A DNA stretch of 64,000 bases from Candidatus Heimdallarchaeota archaeon (GCA_019057815.1 JAHLWR010000007.1:32001-96000), one strand, 5' to 3'; shown: positions 20,640 to 32,002, counted from the first letter of the stretch. Notes: generated from the letters alone by a model not told the origin. Program-made: numbers and translations.

Positions 20640-21935
20640 ATGACAAATCTTGGATTCACGCACGTAAAGGATGTGTCTCCCAATCTTGAAGAAGTGCAAC
20701 TTAGAGGTTGGGTTTATAGAATAAGAAAAATGAAAGGTAAGATTTTCGTGGTATTACGAGATTCAACTGGTATAATGCAATGTGTTGGATCTGTCGACAA
20801 ACTTTCTGAAGAAGCTTGGTTAGATTTGAACAACTCAGCTATTGAAAACACCATTTCTGTTAAAGGTGTTCCTAAAGAAGATAACCGTGCAGTGAATAAT
20901 GTTGAGCTTCATCTTGATGATTACAATCTTATGCACAGAGGGGAAATGTTTCCTACAGCGAAAGATCAATCTAAAGAATTCTGGCTCGATTATAGACATT
21001 TGTGGCTTCGTACAACAAGAGCTACGCACATTATGAAAGTGAAAGCTTCGGTTCTTAGAGCTTCAAGAGAGTGGTTCTTTGAAAACGACTTTCATGAAAC
21101 TACACCACCGATAATATCAACAGGAGCTGTCGAAGGTGGATCTACCCTTTTCAATTTCAAGTATTTCGAACACGATGCTTGTCTCAGCCAAAGTGCTCAA
21201 TTATATTTAGAAGCCTTAATCTTTGGTCTAGAAAAAGTTTATGCCATTACACCTAGTTTCAGAGCTGAAAAAATGAGGACTAGGAGACATATTAATGAGT
21301 TTTGGCATATAGAAGGAGAAGAAGCTTTTGTAGATTTCTACGAAAACATGAAGATTCAAGAAGAATTAGTATCATACATTGTTCATTATGTTCTTGATAA
21401 CAATAAATATGAGCTAAAAGAACTAAAAAGAGATACTTCTATCCTTGAGGAAATAAAAACACCATTCAAGAAAATCACCTACGAAGAAGCTGTTAATCTG
21501 CTTAACGAAGATGGTTTTACCTTGACTATTAATGACGACATTAAAACTGAAGAAGAAAGGCATTTATCCAACAAATTTGGGGAACTATTCTTTATAACTC
21601 TCGCTCCATCTCATCATAAACCATTTTACACTAAAGAATATGAGAAAGACCCTAAATGGGTTTATTCTGCTGATTTAGTCGCACCTGAAGGTTATGGTGA
21701 AATGATTACAGGGGGACAAAGAGAGGACATACTAGATGTTTTAGTGAAGAGAATTAAAGCTGAAGGTTTTGAACCTGAGAATTATGGCTGGTACCTTGAT
21801 CTTAGAAGATATGGTTCAGCTCCCCATTCAGGCTTTGGATTAGGAGCAGAACGTCTAACATGGTGGATCTGTGGGTTGGAAGATATTCAAGACACTTGTG
21901 CATTCCCCAGAACACGAAATAGGGTATATCCTTAG
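20640..21935 (+). CDS. asnS: Asparagine--tRNA ligase
   Basis: LRGWV, LRDSTG, LSQSAQLYLE, FRAEK.RTRRH..EFW, PHSGFGLG.ER, FPR. Confidence 0.9.
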   Translation: MTNLGFTHVKDVSPNLEEVQLRGWVYRIRKMKGKIFVVLRDSTGIMQCVGSVDKLSEEAWLDLNNSAIENTISVKGVPKEDNRAVNNVELHLDDYNLMHRGEMFPTAKDQSKEFWLDYRHLWLRTTRATHIMKVKASVLRASREWFFENDFHETTPPIISTGAVEGGSTLFNFKYFEHDACLSQSAQLYLEALIFGLEKVYAITPSFRAEKMRTRRHINEFWHIEGEEAFVDFYENMKIQEELVSYIVHYVLDNNKYELKELKRDTSILEEIKTPFKKITYEEAVNLLNEDGFTLTINDDIKTEEERHLSNKFGELFFITLAPSHHKPFYTKEYEKDPKWVYSADLVAPEGYGEMITGGQREDILDVLVKRIKAEGFEPENYGWYLDLRRYGSAPHSGFGLGAERLTWWICGLEDIQDTCAFPRTRNRVYP

Positions 21936-21958
21936 AGAACTAAATTCAAGAATCTGAT

Positions 21959-22951
21959 CTAATTATCAAGTTTTTTTCTTCTTTTTTCAATGAAATTTAT
22001 CCATACTTGCATTGCACTGTTTCCTCTATTTCCCCATAAAAAATATGGTATAGCCAGTAAGGTTCTATCGTTACTATCTTTTACTCTAATATTAGAAAAA
22101 CTATCAAATAATCTGCTCTTTTCGGTTTCAAGTGAAGAGTTTTTCTTTATTGTTGCATTAGGAATACATGCACTTGGGTTATCTATGCTCTCAAAACAAT
22201 ATACAATTGGTCCTCTTGAAAAAGCTATTTTATTTAGATTAGTTTTAACTTTGCGATGTGAATAGTTCATTTTTACCGAAACGGGAAAATCAATTTCTAG
22301 TTTATTTGTTTCGATTAAATCATCTTGTATTTTGAAGTAATATGACTTATAAGGTGAATATCCTGAAGCTGTTTGGTTATCCTTACTTAGCTGGGTCTTT
22401 ATTTCTATAATTCTGTCATTTACTTTAATTGAAGGATTTGAAGTCCATGAAGGGATTCTTAAGTACAAGTTCTTTTCCTTAAAACCTTCAAAAGAAATAG
22501 AAATATTCGTTTTACCATAATAAGGGATTTCAGTGTCCATTTTGCATGAAATTCTTTTTTTATTTTTTTCATCTACTGTAATTGTTGTTTCGTTTCCTAT
22601 ATATTGATGAATCCATAGAGAGTTCTCATTATAGCTATAAATTAACCTTCCAAGCTTTGCTAATGTTCTGGAGATGTTTGAAGGGCAACAAGCAGTTTTG
22701 TACCACTCTTTTCTTTCAAGATTTCCATTAGTCTCCAAAGGATTTTGATAGAAATAGGATTTCCCATCTAATGACATACTTACATTAAGGGCATTATATA
22801 ACTGCCATTCAATTAAATCAGCGTATTTAGCATCTCCTGTATTTAGAAGCATCTCAAAACTCCACAATATCGAACTTATAGCTGCGCAAGTCTCACAATA
22901 TGCAGATTTGTTATCCAACTCATAATCTTTGCCAAAACCCTCTATTATAGG
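21959..22951 (-). pseudogene. 3' half of a GH127 beta-L-arabinofuranosidase-like gene
   Basis: PIIEGFGKDYEL, YCETCAA, YFYQNPL, ACCPSN, LRIPSW, RGPIVYC, IPYFLWGNRG; the first ~58 aa of the tracked ORF are not homologous. Confidence 0.88.
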
Positions 22952-24011
22952 GTCAACAGATAGCTTTATAAGGGAATCTTTTAGTCGAAGGGAAAATTCG
23001 ACTGAATTGTTGAACCCTCCAAACATTCTTAAATTCGAAATGACAAAACCTAAAAAATATTCTATCGGTATGTCCATAGTGGTATATGATGAAACGGGTT
23101 GGAACGTTAAACACTCTATCCTCAATAATGAAGTCGTTGATTGTATAAATGGATCAAATATTATTGAATCTTATATAATTACAAGTATAGTGGAAATATC
23201 AACATTTAATATCTCATCTGAACAAATGGGGTTAGGATATACAGAAAATCTAGATTATTCTGTTTCTATAGTCAATCCTCTGTTTATAGATAACACAATT
23301 GTAATGAATTATATATCTGAAAATTGGACCTTTTTGTGTTCTAATATCTATATTGAAGATATTAATGGTAAAGAAATCAACGATAATAGTGAAGTTGAAG
23401 TTTATTTTATAGATAAATATAGTTATGAAATCGTAGATGTTTTTACTTTGAAATATTTAATAGATATTTATTGGAATGGTAACTATAGTCTTCAACATCT
23501 CCATGAGAGTGAGATTATAGTAAAAATAATCGCTTTTGGAGAACAACAATATGGATCATTAGTTGTAGGTAATATAACTATACAACATCAATTAGTTGTT
23601 GAACAACCTACAATAAATAAAATAGGTGTAGATGTGTTTAATATAAGTGTAGGAGCTACATATTCTAAGTTGAATGAAAGGAATATTTTCACTCAAAATG
23701 TTTATGCATCTATTGTGTTATACAGATTAAAGGGTGATTTTATAAATAGTTTTGATATAGAACATTGCCTCCACCAAGATATGTGGGTAATATCTCTAAA
23801 TTTTAGCTCTTATCCAGAAGGAGAGTATTATGTTAAGGCAAATTTTTATTATATTGGAAAGATAGTTATCTCTCTTTCATCATTGACCTTTATTATTGGA
23901 GAGACAGAATCTACAACATCATTTACAAGTTTAAATGTTTTCTGGGGTGTTTTTGTTCTTTTATCATTAGAGGTAGTTATATTTATTGTTAAAAAACATA
24001 ATAAAATATAA
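22952..24011 (+). pseudogene. 5'-truncated surface protein with C-terminal TM and basic tail
   Basis: No credible start or signal peptide; begins head-to-head at the GH127 junction. Confidence 0.55.
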
Positions 24012-24025
24012 CAATTTTTTTCAAA

Positions 24026-24877
24026 CTATGTTCTTTTTACGTCCCTTTTTATATCTGAATAATAATCTAAAAAAAGTTCTTTAAGGCCTTTAGGTAAATT
24101 TTTATCAAGTAAAAGTTTTTTGGATATAGTTTTTCCATTCCATTTTAAAGTACCAGATTTATAGAAGAATCCACTTTCACATCCATATCCATCGTAAGGA
24201 CAAAGGTTATTATCAAAAAGACATATATCCTCTAAAGTAGGACATTTAGCTAAAGGTGCTAAATCTATAGTTTTTAGATTGTTGGAATGGATGTTAATTT
24301 CGGATAAACTTGAGCATCCTTCCAGAGGTTTTAAGTCTATGGTTTGAAGTTTATTTTCATAGATCCTAACATACCTAAAAGAGGTACTATGAGATATAGA
24401 AGGTAAGGTGATTTTAGTTAATAGGTTATGATCAAAAAAAATTCCCAGTAAGTTTGGGCAATTGCTTAGGGGGGTACAATCTACATTAGTAAGTTGATTC
24501 CAATTGAGATAGATGTGTTTTAGTGTAGGATGATTTTCGAAAGGGCTTAAATCAATACTAGTTAATTTGTTATTTGACAGGTCAATCTTTTCCAATGCTG
24601 GACATTTAGATAGGGGTTTTAAATCAATACTAGTTAATTTGTTTTCTGAAAGGTTAATCTCTTTTAAATTAGGACTGTTGGCTAAAGGTTGAAGATTGAT
24701 ACTTTTTAAATAATTATAAGAGAATTTCATAGATATTACTTTTTTACTCTCCTTAAAACCACTAAAATCGACACTATCCAGTTGTTTGTTATAATAATCT
24801 AAATGGTAAGGATTATATCCACACTCAAATCTTTCAACTTTTTTACCTTTTATTTTAGACAACTTTAAATCATCCAT
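24026..24877 (-). CDS. Leucine-rich repeat protein (~24-aa LRRs)
   Basis: Repeated L..I.L..N.L.SIDL.PL..C..L; 72-bp DNA repeat at 24549/24621. Confidence 0.9.
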   Translation of the reverse strand: MDDLKLSKIKGKKVERFECGYNPYHLDYYNKQLDSVDFSGFKESKKVISMKFSYNYLKSINLQPLANSPNLKEINLSENKLTSIDLKPLSKCPALEKIDLSNNKLTSIDLSPFENHPTLKHIYLNWNQLTNVDCTPLSNCPNLLGIFFDHNLLTKITLPSISHSTSFRYVRIYENKLQTIDLKPLEGCSSLSEINIHSNNLKTIDLAPLAKCPTLEDICLFDNNLCPYDGYGCESGFFYKSGTLKWNGKTISKKLLLDKNLPKGLKELFLDYYSDIKRDVKRT

Positions 24878-25215
24878 TTTATTCTTAATATAATATTAGT
24901 ATTTTGTGATAAAAACCTATCTAAACATTCGTTCGAGGATTTTGTGTTTTTTAATTTGTAAAATATCAATGAATCTAGAGTTTTTTAGCGATGGTTTTGG
25001 TGTTATTGTGATTTTTAACTTTTTGTTTATCAGAATTGTTATAAAAACAATGTTGATTACTTTAGATTATGGTAATATTAAACATAAGAGATTCTTTTTC
25101 CTAAATGTGCAAATAATCTTGGATATTGACAGAATGATGAGACAATTATTAAATTATAATTAAAAAAGTGTAAGAAAAAAAAAGAAGAAGTATAGATTAG
25201 GTTTAAAGATAATAA

Positions 25216-26751
25216 TCAAGTGTTTTTTTGACCAAAAAATCCTCCACGTGCCCATGAATCAACATATCTCCTAATAAAATAAGCCCAATTATTATCTTTA
25301 TCTATTTTATAAGGTCCTTGATCATTTACATTTTCATACTTGTGTGCTTGTTTATAGGGTTTGTGAAAAGACAGCATAGCCCTCTCAAATTGTCCGAAAA
25401 GTTCAGGATAACGGTTATTGAAACTTAAAGCTTCAGGAACAAGATAACGTAAATTTTCTAGGATATTAAAAATCTTCAAACTAGTAATTTTTGGATTTGT
25501 TACCAAATTTATTTCTATCTTAAACGTTTTTGATCCTGGGTTTGTTTCCACAAGTTTAATATCTATAGCTCGTAAGTCTGTAGGTCTTATACTAGGTGGT
25601 ATATATGTTGATTTTCTATCTTTAATAAATGAACAATAATCGTCTAATTTTTCAATCATACCTATAATTTCTACGGTGTCAATAATTTCTTGGTCAGATA
25701 TTCCTTTTAAAGATAGATAAAATCTCGTCGGACTACTTTTACACGGTGAATCATTTCGAAGGCCTTTAAAAACTAACTCTAAAGCATCTCTAGCGGTTGT
25801 TAAACCTAGTCCCCTTCCGTTATCAAGAGAGTTAATAAGGTTCATTAAAGCGAAATCTTTGAAATTTTTATTTGAGTCAAAAGCAGTTGTAGGCCATACT
25901 ACTTCCGAAGTACCTATTATATTTCCGCCTAATTTTTCAATAAGGGATAATAAAGTGTTTCGTTCACATCTAATCCCATCCTCCCCTATGCTAAAAACTC
26001 TTTTTCCTTCCTTTCCTTTTTCTACGAAGAAAATTTTAACACTTGCACCACTTTCTAGTATTACCATCATGTCTTTTTTTAATGCAATTTTGAGATAGTC
26101 ATTACCTTCAAAATGGGCGTCAATGCGGTCATATAGTATTTTTCTAGCATCTATTAACTTATCAGCGTTAATATTCTCTTTTATGTTATTAACAAAATCA
26201 ACGTTGTTTTTTTTGTTTATCGCATCTCTGAAATCTTTATAGAAATAGTTCTGTTTAAGGCATTCGTAATAAGTTTCTCTAATGTGTGTGTGTAGAAGAT
26301 TGAGCCTATTGGGTCTGAACCTTGAATTATAAGGTTGGTATTTTTTTATTATATCTCTTAGGGAAACACTAGGGTCTTTAATATCTTTATGTATATAGCG
26401 TGTATGAATATCAGTTATCAAAGAGCTTTGAAAGTAATCTATAGCGTCAGCAGCATTTGTACGATAACGCCAAGGATCAGTTTCTTCACCTAGTAGATTT
26501 GCCTCTTTGAGTCTTATATATGCTCCGTCACCCCCCATAACAACTTTCCTAGCGTTAGTATTTTCTTTGAAGGCATTAGTTAAGAAATCCATATGTTTAT
26601 CATAAAGACTAATAGCATCATCAAGGTCTAATATAGATGAGTCCATAACATTACAGTGTTTGTAACCAAGATAAAAAGGATTGAAGATTCTTTCATACAC
26701 TTCTGTTTCGGTATCAATATCAAACTTGGGAGTGATTTTAGTATACTGGTT
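25216..26751 (-). CDS. Hypothetical soluble protein, probably 5'-truncated
   Basis: Frame stays open upstream of the GTG at 26700 until a stop at 26752-26754; no recognisable family. Confidence 0.6.
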   Translation of the reverse strand, partial: NQYTKITPKFDIDTETEVYERIFNPFYLGYKHCNVMDSSILDLDDAISLYDKHMDFLTNAFKENTNARKVVMGGDGAYIRLKEANLLGEETDPWRYRTNAADAIDYFQSSLITDIHTRYIHKDIKDPSVSLRDIIKKYQPYNSRFRPNRLNLLHTHIRETYYECLKQNYFYKDFRDAINKKNNVDFVNNIKENINADKLIDARKILYDRIDAHFEGNDYLKIALKKDMMVILESGASVKIFFVEKGKEGKRVFSIGEDGIRCERNTLLSLIEKLGGNIIGTSEVVWPTTAFDSNKNFKDFALMNLINSLDNGRGLGLTTARDALELVFKGLRNDSPCKSSPTRFYLSLKGISDQEIIDTVEIIGMIEKLDDYCSFIKDRKSTYIPPSIRPTDLRAIDIKLVETNPGSKTFKIEINLVTNPKITSLKIFNILENLRYLVPEALSFNNRYPELFGQFERAMLSFHKPYKQAHKYENVNDQGPYKIDKDNNWAYFIRRYVDSWARGGFFGQKNT

Positions 26752-26771
26752 TTACTATAATAACGAAGCCC

Positions 26772-27971
26772 GTGGAACCAGAAGAAAATGGGATGTTAAT
26801 CATAAATGCTACTCTCAATACACCTATGAACAGATATGTTATTCTTTTGGGAATAGATGATTTTAATTCAAATAAAACATTTGATGAAGGCATTGATCTT
26901 ACGGATACTCACTTTTGCATACTTATATGGTATGAACACTTGCGTAGAACTTTTGGGATTCCAGATGATAATTTCACAATACTAACAGATAGAGATCCTG
27001 AAAATTCGTGTCTTGATGGAGATACAAATTCTATACAAGGTGTGGATTATTCCTCTTCTCGCTATACCAAACTCCTTACTAATTCATCAACTCAAGCTGC
27101 AACTCGAAATAACACATTGGATGCGCTTGAAGATATACTATGGGACAAAGCTGGAGAGAATGATAGTGTAATAATGTGTTTTATCACTCATGGAAAAGAT
27201 ACCGAAAATGATTTCAGTTTCACCCTTTTAGAGCCTGAGGTGGGTGGAACATGTGAGAAATTGAATGATACTGATATATCAAATATTATAGCTGATAATC
27301 GGTGTGAAACTGGAAAAATTTTCATTTATACACATGCTTGCCATGGAGGAAAACTAGGTGAAATCCTAATGAATAACACAAAGAAAGAGCGTATTTATGT
27401 TACCACAGGATGTGTAGCAGAAGGAATAGTATTAGAGAGATGGCTAAATACATTTCTAGGTAAAGTCTGGATGACTGGGTCTTCACATCCCTATATGAAT
27501 AGACCAACAGTTGCTATGGAGGCTGTTTTTCAAGAAGCAATCTACGAATTTTATTCTCAAATTATGATCAAAATATCCTATTCCTATCTTTATCATATCA
27601 ATAATCCTTCAGAGAGAATTTACTCCTACGTAACTAATGGAATATCATATCATGGTTGGAATGAAAAAGAGTTTATTTCAAACATCCCTGACGAGTATAA
27701 TTACCAGAATGGTTACAGATTCAATTGCTCAACTTTCGCTCTTAATAATGATACTAAGGAATATTATTTCTGCCTTTGGGATAATTGTACAAACAAATAT
27801 ATCTATTTCTTTGATAATTATACACGCTTTGTGGAGCTAGCAGCAGAAAAAGACTATAGTATTAAAACTAATCCAAATATAAGGATTACAGCTATTGATA
27901 TTCATGGATGGGAACACCTTATGCCTTGTGAGTATGATGGTAAACTCTTTAATTACTTCTATCATGGGTGA
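26772..27971 (+). CDS. Caspase-hemoglobinase-fold (C13/C14-like) cysteine peptidase, probably 5'-truncated
   Basis: YVILLGIDDF, ATRNN.LDAL, VIMCFITHG (catalytic His), IYTHACHGG (catalytic Cys). Confidence 0.7.
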   Translation: MEPEENGMLIINATLNTPMNRYVILLGIDDFNSNKTFDEGIDLTDTHFCILIWYEHLRRTFGIPDDNFTILTDRDPENSCLDGDTNSIQGVDYSSSRYTKLLTNSSTQAATRNNTLDALEDILWDKAGENDSVIMCFITHGKDTENDFSFTLLEPEVGGTCEKLNDTDISNIIADNRCETGKIFIYTHACHGGKLGEILMNNTKKERIYVTTGCVAEGIVLERWLNTFLGKVWMTGSSHPYMNRPTVAMEAVFQEAIYEFYSQIMIKISYSYLYHINNPSERIYSYVTNGISYHGWNEKEFISNIPDEYNYQNGYRFNCSTFALNNDTKEYYFCLWDNCTNKYIYFFDNYTRFVELAAEKDYSIKTNPNIRITAIDIHGWEHLMPCEYDGKLFNYFYHG

Positions 27972-28131
27972 AATATCATGTTTGCCTACTCTAATGAACT
28001 TCTTACAGAACAAAATGAAGTTAAGAATCAATAAATAAACATTTTAGAGATTAAAAATATAACAAAAGAAAAGAAAACATAGATAAATGTTTAAAAAGAA
28101 ATATTAACAGTAAAGTAGCTGAGTGAACTAA

Positions 28132-30102
28132 ATGAAAAAGCTAATATTTCAACAAATTGTAATAGCTAAAATCGCGCTAATTGCTATGATAATACTTGTA
28201 GGAACTTCTATCTTTATGCCTACGTTTACTCCTTCTTTTTGTAGATCCGAACCATCATTAGTGAAACTCCTCTTAACTCCTCATGATCCAATTCGTATAA
28301 CCTCTGATAGCGAATTAGAAGTTTTTAATGGTTCAGGAACTGCTGAAGATCCTTACATCATTGAAGGATACAATATTACGTCATTAGCAGAATGTGGTAT
28401 CTTTATTATAGGGACAACTAAGTTTTTCAGCATATCTAATTGCTATATTGATGCTAAAACAGTAGGTATCGATCTTTATTATGTTGCTCCTGGAACAGCT
28501 ACTGTAATAAATAACACCTGTGTCAACAATGATGTAGTTGGTATCGCATTAGTGAATGTTGGTTATGCATCTATAACAAATAATACTTGTATTAACAATG
28601 GAAATGGATTAATTATTCATGAAAATTCTAATGCTGTAAATGTAAATAATAATGATTTTAGCAATAACGAGGGTGAGGGCATTTCGATTAGAGATTCGGA
28701 TTCGTTAACAATTACAAACAATATTTGTAATAATAATAAGATGAAAGGTATTTATGCTTACGATTCTGATTCCTCAACTTTCGTTAATAACACATGCAAC
28801 TTCAACTTCAACGATGATGGCATTCGTCTTCATGAATCTGATTCTTCAACTATCGCAAATAATACCTGCAACTTTAACGATGATGGCATTTGTCTTTATG
28901 AATCTGATTCTTCAACTATCGCAAATAATACCTGCAACAATAATAAAAAGGGCATCTCAGTGTATGATTCTAGATTTTCAATTGTATCCAATAACACTTG
29001 CAATTTTAACGAATATGCCATTCTCATTGTATATGATTCATATCATCCCACTCTTCCTTATCCTGGGTATGCTACGGTTAGAGATAACATCTGCTCAAAT
29101 AACGACTTTGGAATATGGTTAGATGACGCTGATGATTCAGTTTTAACAGGTAATCGATGTTCTGAAAACAATAAAGGGATCTATCTACTGCACTCAAGTT
29201 ATTCAACTGTAACTAATAACACATGTAACGATAATGACCAAGGACTTATTTTGGATAATTCTGGTGTTATCCCCGTCGTTAATAATAGTTTTTATAATAA
29301 CAATAGAAGTATTGTTATTTATAATAGTGGGTCTACAACCCTTACCAATAATACCATGATCAAAGGAGGGTTAGCTGTCTGGGATAATTCATGTCCAGGT
29401 TATCTTTCTCAAAAATTTACCAAAGACAGTAACTGGGTCAATGGTCGCCCTGTAGGTTACTTTACTAACCTCAATGATCTTTCGTTTAACACCTCAGTCT
29501 ATGGTCAACTCTTTTTTATTAACTGCAAGGATATAACCGTGAGTAACCAAAACTTCACTGATGTTACTACTGGAATACTCTTAGCTTATAGTGACTCTTG
29601 TAGAGTCGAAAACTCTCTCTTTGCTGAAAATGTCTGGGGAACTTATTTAGACCATACTCTTTCTACCACACTTACTAACAACTCTTACAAAAATAACAAC
29701 TACGGAGTTTTTCTGCGGGATTCTGACTCTAATATTCTCACTTATAACCACTTTGAAGAAAATGAGCAATATGGAGTTTACTTGGATTCTGCATCCTCTA
29801 ATAATCTTATTCACCACAATGCTTTCATCGACAACAACCCCGAAGGTACTAGTCAAGCTTATGATGGAGGTACGGATAACCTTTGGTATGAGAAGCGAAA
29901 AGGTAACTACTGGTCAGACTATGAAAAAGGAGATTACTTGATTGATGGAATAGCTAACTCTACTGATCGTCATCCTCTAACTGATATTCCTACCGCTTCA
30001 ACTCCTCTATCCTCAGTTTTTATAGTGGGTGTTATTATCCTCGCTTGTATAGTTTCATTAAGGAGTAGCGTTAGAAAGAAGAAGAAAACAACAAAACTAT
30101 AA
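28132..30102 (+). CDS. NosD/beta-helix surface protein
   Basis: GSGTAEDPYIIEGY, NNTC repeats, GNYWSD, TM plus basic tail. Confidence 0.88.
   Translation: MKKLIFQQIVIAKIALIAMIILVGTSIFMPTFTPSFCRSEPSLVKLLLTPHDPIRITSDSELEVFNGSGTAEDPYIIEGYNITSLAECGIFIIGTTKFFSISNCYIDAKTVGIDLYYVAPGTATVINNTCVNNDVVGIALVNVGYASITNNTCINNGNGLIIHENSNAVNVNNNDFSNNEGEGISIRDSDSLTITNNICNNNKMKGIYAYDSDSSTFVNNTCNFNFNDDGIRLHESDSSTIANNTCNFNDDGICLYESDSSTIANNTCNNNKKGISVYDSRFSIVSNNTCNFNEYAILIVYDSYHPTLPYPGYATVRDNICSNNDFGIWLDDADDSVLTGNRCSENNKGIYLLHSSYSTVTNNTCNDNDQGLILDNSGVIPVVNNSFYNNNRSIVIYNSGSTTLTNNTMIKGGLAVWDNSCPGYLSQKFTKDSNWVNGRPVGYFTNLNDLSFNTSVYGQLFFINCKDITVSNQNFTDVTTGILLAYSDSCRVENSLFAENVWGTYLDHTLSTTLTNNSYKNNNYGVFLRDSDSNILTYNHFEENEQYGVYLDSASSNNLIHHNAFIDNNPEGTSQAYDGGTDNLWYEKRKGNYWSDYEKGDYLIDGIANSTDRHPLTDIPTASTPLSSVFIVGVIILACIVSLRSSVRKKKKTTKL
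28810..28938 (+). repeat. Near-identical 66-bp tandem duplication (one beta-helix rung)
   Basis: aacgatgatggcatt.gtctt.atgaatctgattcttcaactatcgcaaataatacctgcaac x2. Confidence 0.9.
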
Positions 30103-30222
30103 TAATAAATTAAAGTGTTTTTTCTTCTTTTTCGCCCTCTTTTCCATTCCAAATAGATTAGTGTCAAAACAATGCTACAACAATTTTGTCCTCAAAGGAT
30201 TATAGGGCACCCAAACACGATA

Positions 30223-30263
30223 TAATATCTTCCTATCTTCAAAAAAACCAATAAAGAAAGACT
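30223..30263 (+). repeat. 41-bp direct repeat, copy 1
   Basis: taatatcttcctatcttcaaaaaaaccaataaagaaagact; 37/41 identical to 32123-32163. Confidence 0.85.
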
Positions 30264-30379
30264 TTAGATGTGATTCACTTATATCTATTGTCTCATATAT
30301 TAAGGATGTAAAAAAGAGGAAGAGTTGAAGGGCATGTTCCTGTTATGACTACGTTTCCATTCTGTTTCTAACAGCTGTT

Positions 30380-32002
30380 CTATTTCTTTGTCTTCTTTGA
30401 GATAATCCTTGCGAGTAATAAAGGAAATACTAACATTAGTAGAGTAAATATAAAATATATTTGAGTTTCATCTGTATAATACTCAACAAGTTCATCAAGT
30501 GGGTATAAGTCAATTGAATTCGCAGCACTATCAATGGAATAAGAACCTTCTCCTGACCAATCCGACCAGTAGTTTCCTTCAAGTGTTTCAGTATCATACC
30601 AATAGTTATTAGCTCCATCATCTCTTGCTTGAGAAGTTCCAACTAGAAAATTGTCTACAAAGGTATTATGGTGAATAAGATTATTATCAGAGCCATACTC
30701 TAAGAAAATCCCATATCCTTCATTTTCTTGTAGAAGATTGTAAGTAACGACACAAGAAACAGAATAGGAAAGATAGATACCATTACCATAACCGTTATTG
30801 TTGTAGTTACACGTGTTGTTGACCACTATCGAACTATCAGAAAACCAAAGCCAGATGCCATGGTTGTTATTGTTATTGCACGTATTGTTATTGCACGTAT
30901 TGTTAATGACAGTAGAACTAACAGAATACCAAAGCCTGATACCATGGACGTTGTTGTTGCACGTGCTGTTGGTAACAGTAGAACTAACAGAAGAGGAAAG
31001 ATAGATGCCGTCCCAGTTGTTGCTGCACGTGTTGTTAATAATAACTGAATATGTACAGGAGTAGAGAAATAGACCTATTGTAGCGTTATTTAATATTTGG
31101 TCACGTACTGTAACATTAGTACAATTGACTAATATCAGCTGCCCATAAACTGGTTCAGCAATTATCGTAGAGTCAAGATTGATGTAAAAACCTATTATTT
31201 CACCATTCACCCAATTATTTTCAACAGTATTATATGATATGTAAGCATCAATGGTATCTTCGTCTATATATAAACCACAATTGGTAAAAGTGTTATTTGC
31301 AACCGTTGAACTCCCAGAATTCCCAAGCCAGATGCCATTGGCATTATTGTTGCTGCACGTATTATTCGCGACAGTAGAACTACCAGAAGAGGAAAGCCTG
31401 ATGCCATCCCCATTGTGGTTGTTGCACGTATTATTTGCGACAGTAGAACTACCAGAATCTCCAAGATAGATGCCATGATAATTATTGTTACATGTGTTGT
31501 TAGTAACAGTAGAATTATCAGAATAATCAAGCAAGATACCTTGGTCATTGTTGCTGCACGTGTTGTTTGCAACAGTAGAACTACCAGAACCCCAAAGATA
31601 GATGCCGTAGCCAGCGACATTGTTGCTGCACGTGTTGTTAATGACAATTGCTGTTCCATCAGCAACATCATCAATATAAATGCCACAGACTTCTGCATCA
31701 ACATAGCAATTACGAATAACGAAATGTTTCGTTGTGTAAGCAATATAAATACCGCTAAAAGCTGTTGTTGAAATGTTATAACCTTCAATAAGATAAGGAC
31801 CTTCTTCCGTTCCTGTTCCTGGAAAAAACTCAAAATCGCTATCGCTTATTATTTCAATAGGATCATGAGGTGTCAACTCTAACGAATTAGGTCTATAACT
31901 ATTCTCTTCAGCAGTTATTTGTACATTGACATTCAATGCGTAGATTGACAATGTCAGTATTAATAGAATTAATATTGTTCTCTTTTTCATAAAGTCACAC
32001 AA
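30380..32002 (-). CDS. NosD/beta-helix surface protein
   Basis: GTGTEEGPYLIEGY, many SSTVANNTC repeats, GNYWSDW, TM plus basic tail. Confidence 0.88.
   Translation of the reverse strand: MCDFMKKRTILILLILTLSIYALNVNVQITAEENSYRPNSLELTPHDPIEIISDSDFEFFPGTGTEEGPYLIEGYNISTTAFSGIYIAYTTKHFVIRNCYVDAEVCGIYIDDVADGTAIVINNTCSNNVAGYGIYLWGSGSSTVANNTCSNNDQGILLDYSDNSTVTNNTCNNNYHGIYLGDSGSSTVANNTCNNHNGDGIRLSSSGSSTVANNTCSNNNANGIWLGNSGSSTVANNTFTNCGLYIDEDTIDAYISYNTVENNWVNGEIIGFYINLDSTIIAEPVYGQLILVNCTNVTVRDQILNNATIGLFLYSCTYSVIINNTCSNNWDGIYLSSSVSSTVTNSTCNNNVHGIRLWYSVSSTVINNTCNNNTCNNNNNHGIWLWFSDSSIVVNNTCNYNNNGYGNGIYLSYSVSCVVTYNLLQENEGYGIFLEYGSDNNLIHHNTFVDNFLVGTSQARDDGANNYWYDTETLEGNYWSDWSGEGSYSIDSAANSIDLYPLDELVEYYTDETQIYFIFTLLMLVFPLLLARIISKKTKK

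Noticed and set aside
22952-26751. Simple inversion explaining the head-to-head truncated genes
   Set aside because: Inverting the segment still leaves both junctions head-to-head and restores no gene
16605-30210. Shared tatag(g) motif at junctions 16612, 22946, 26755 and 30200 as a recombination core
   Set aside because: Too short and AT-rich to distinguish from chance; absent at the 42190 junction
28750-31640. Periodic repeats as a CRISPR array
   Set aside because: They are in-frame coding repeats of beta-helix proteins with no unique spacers and no cas genes
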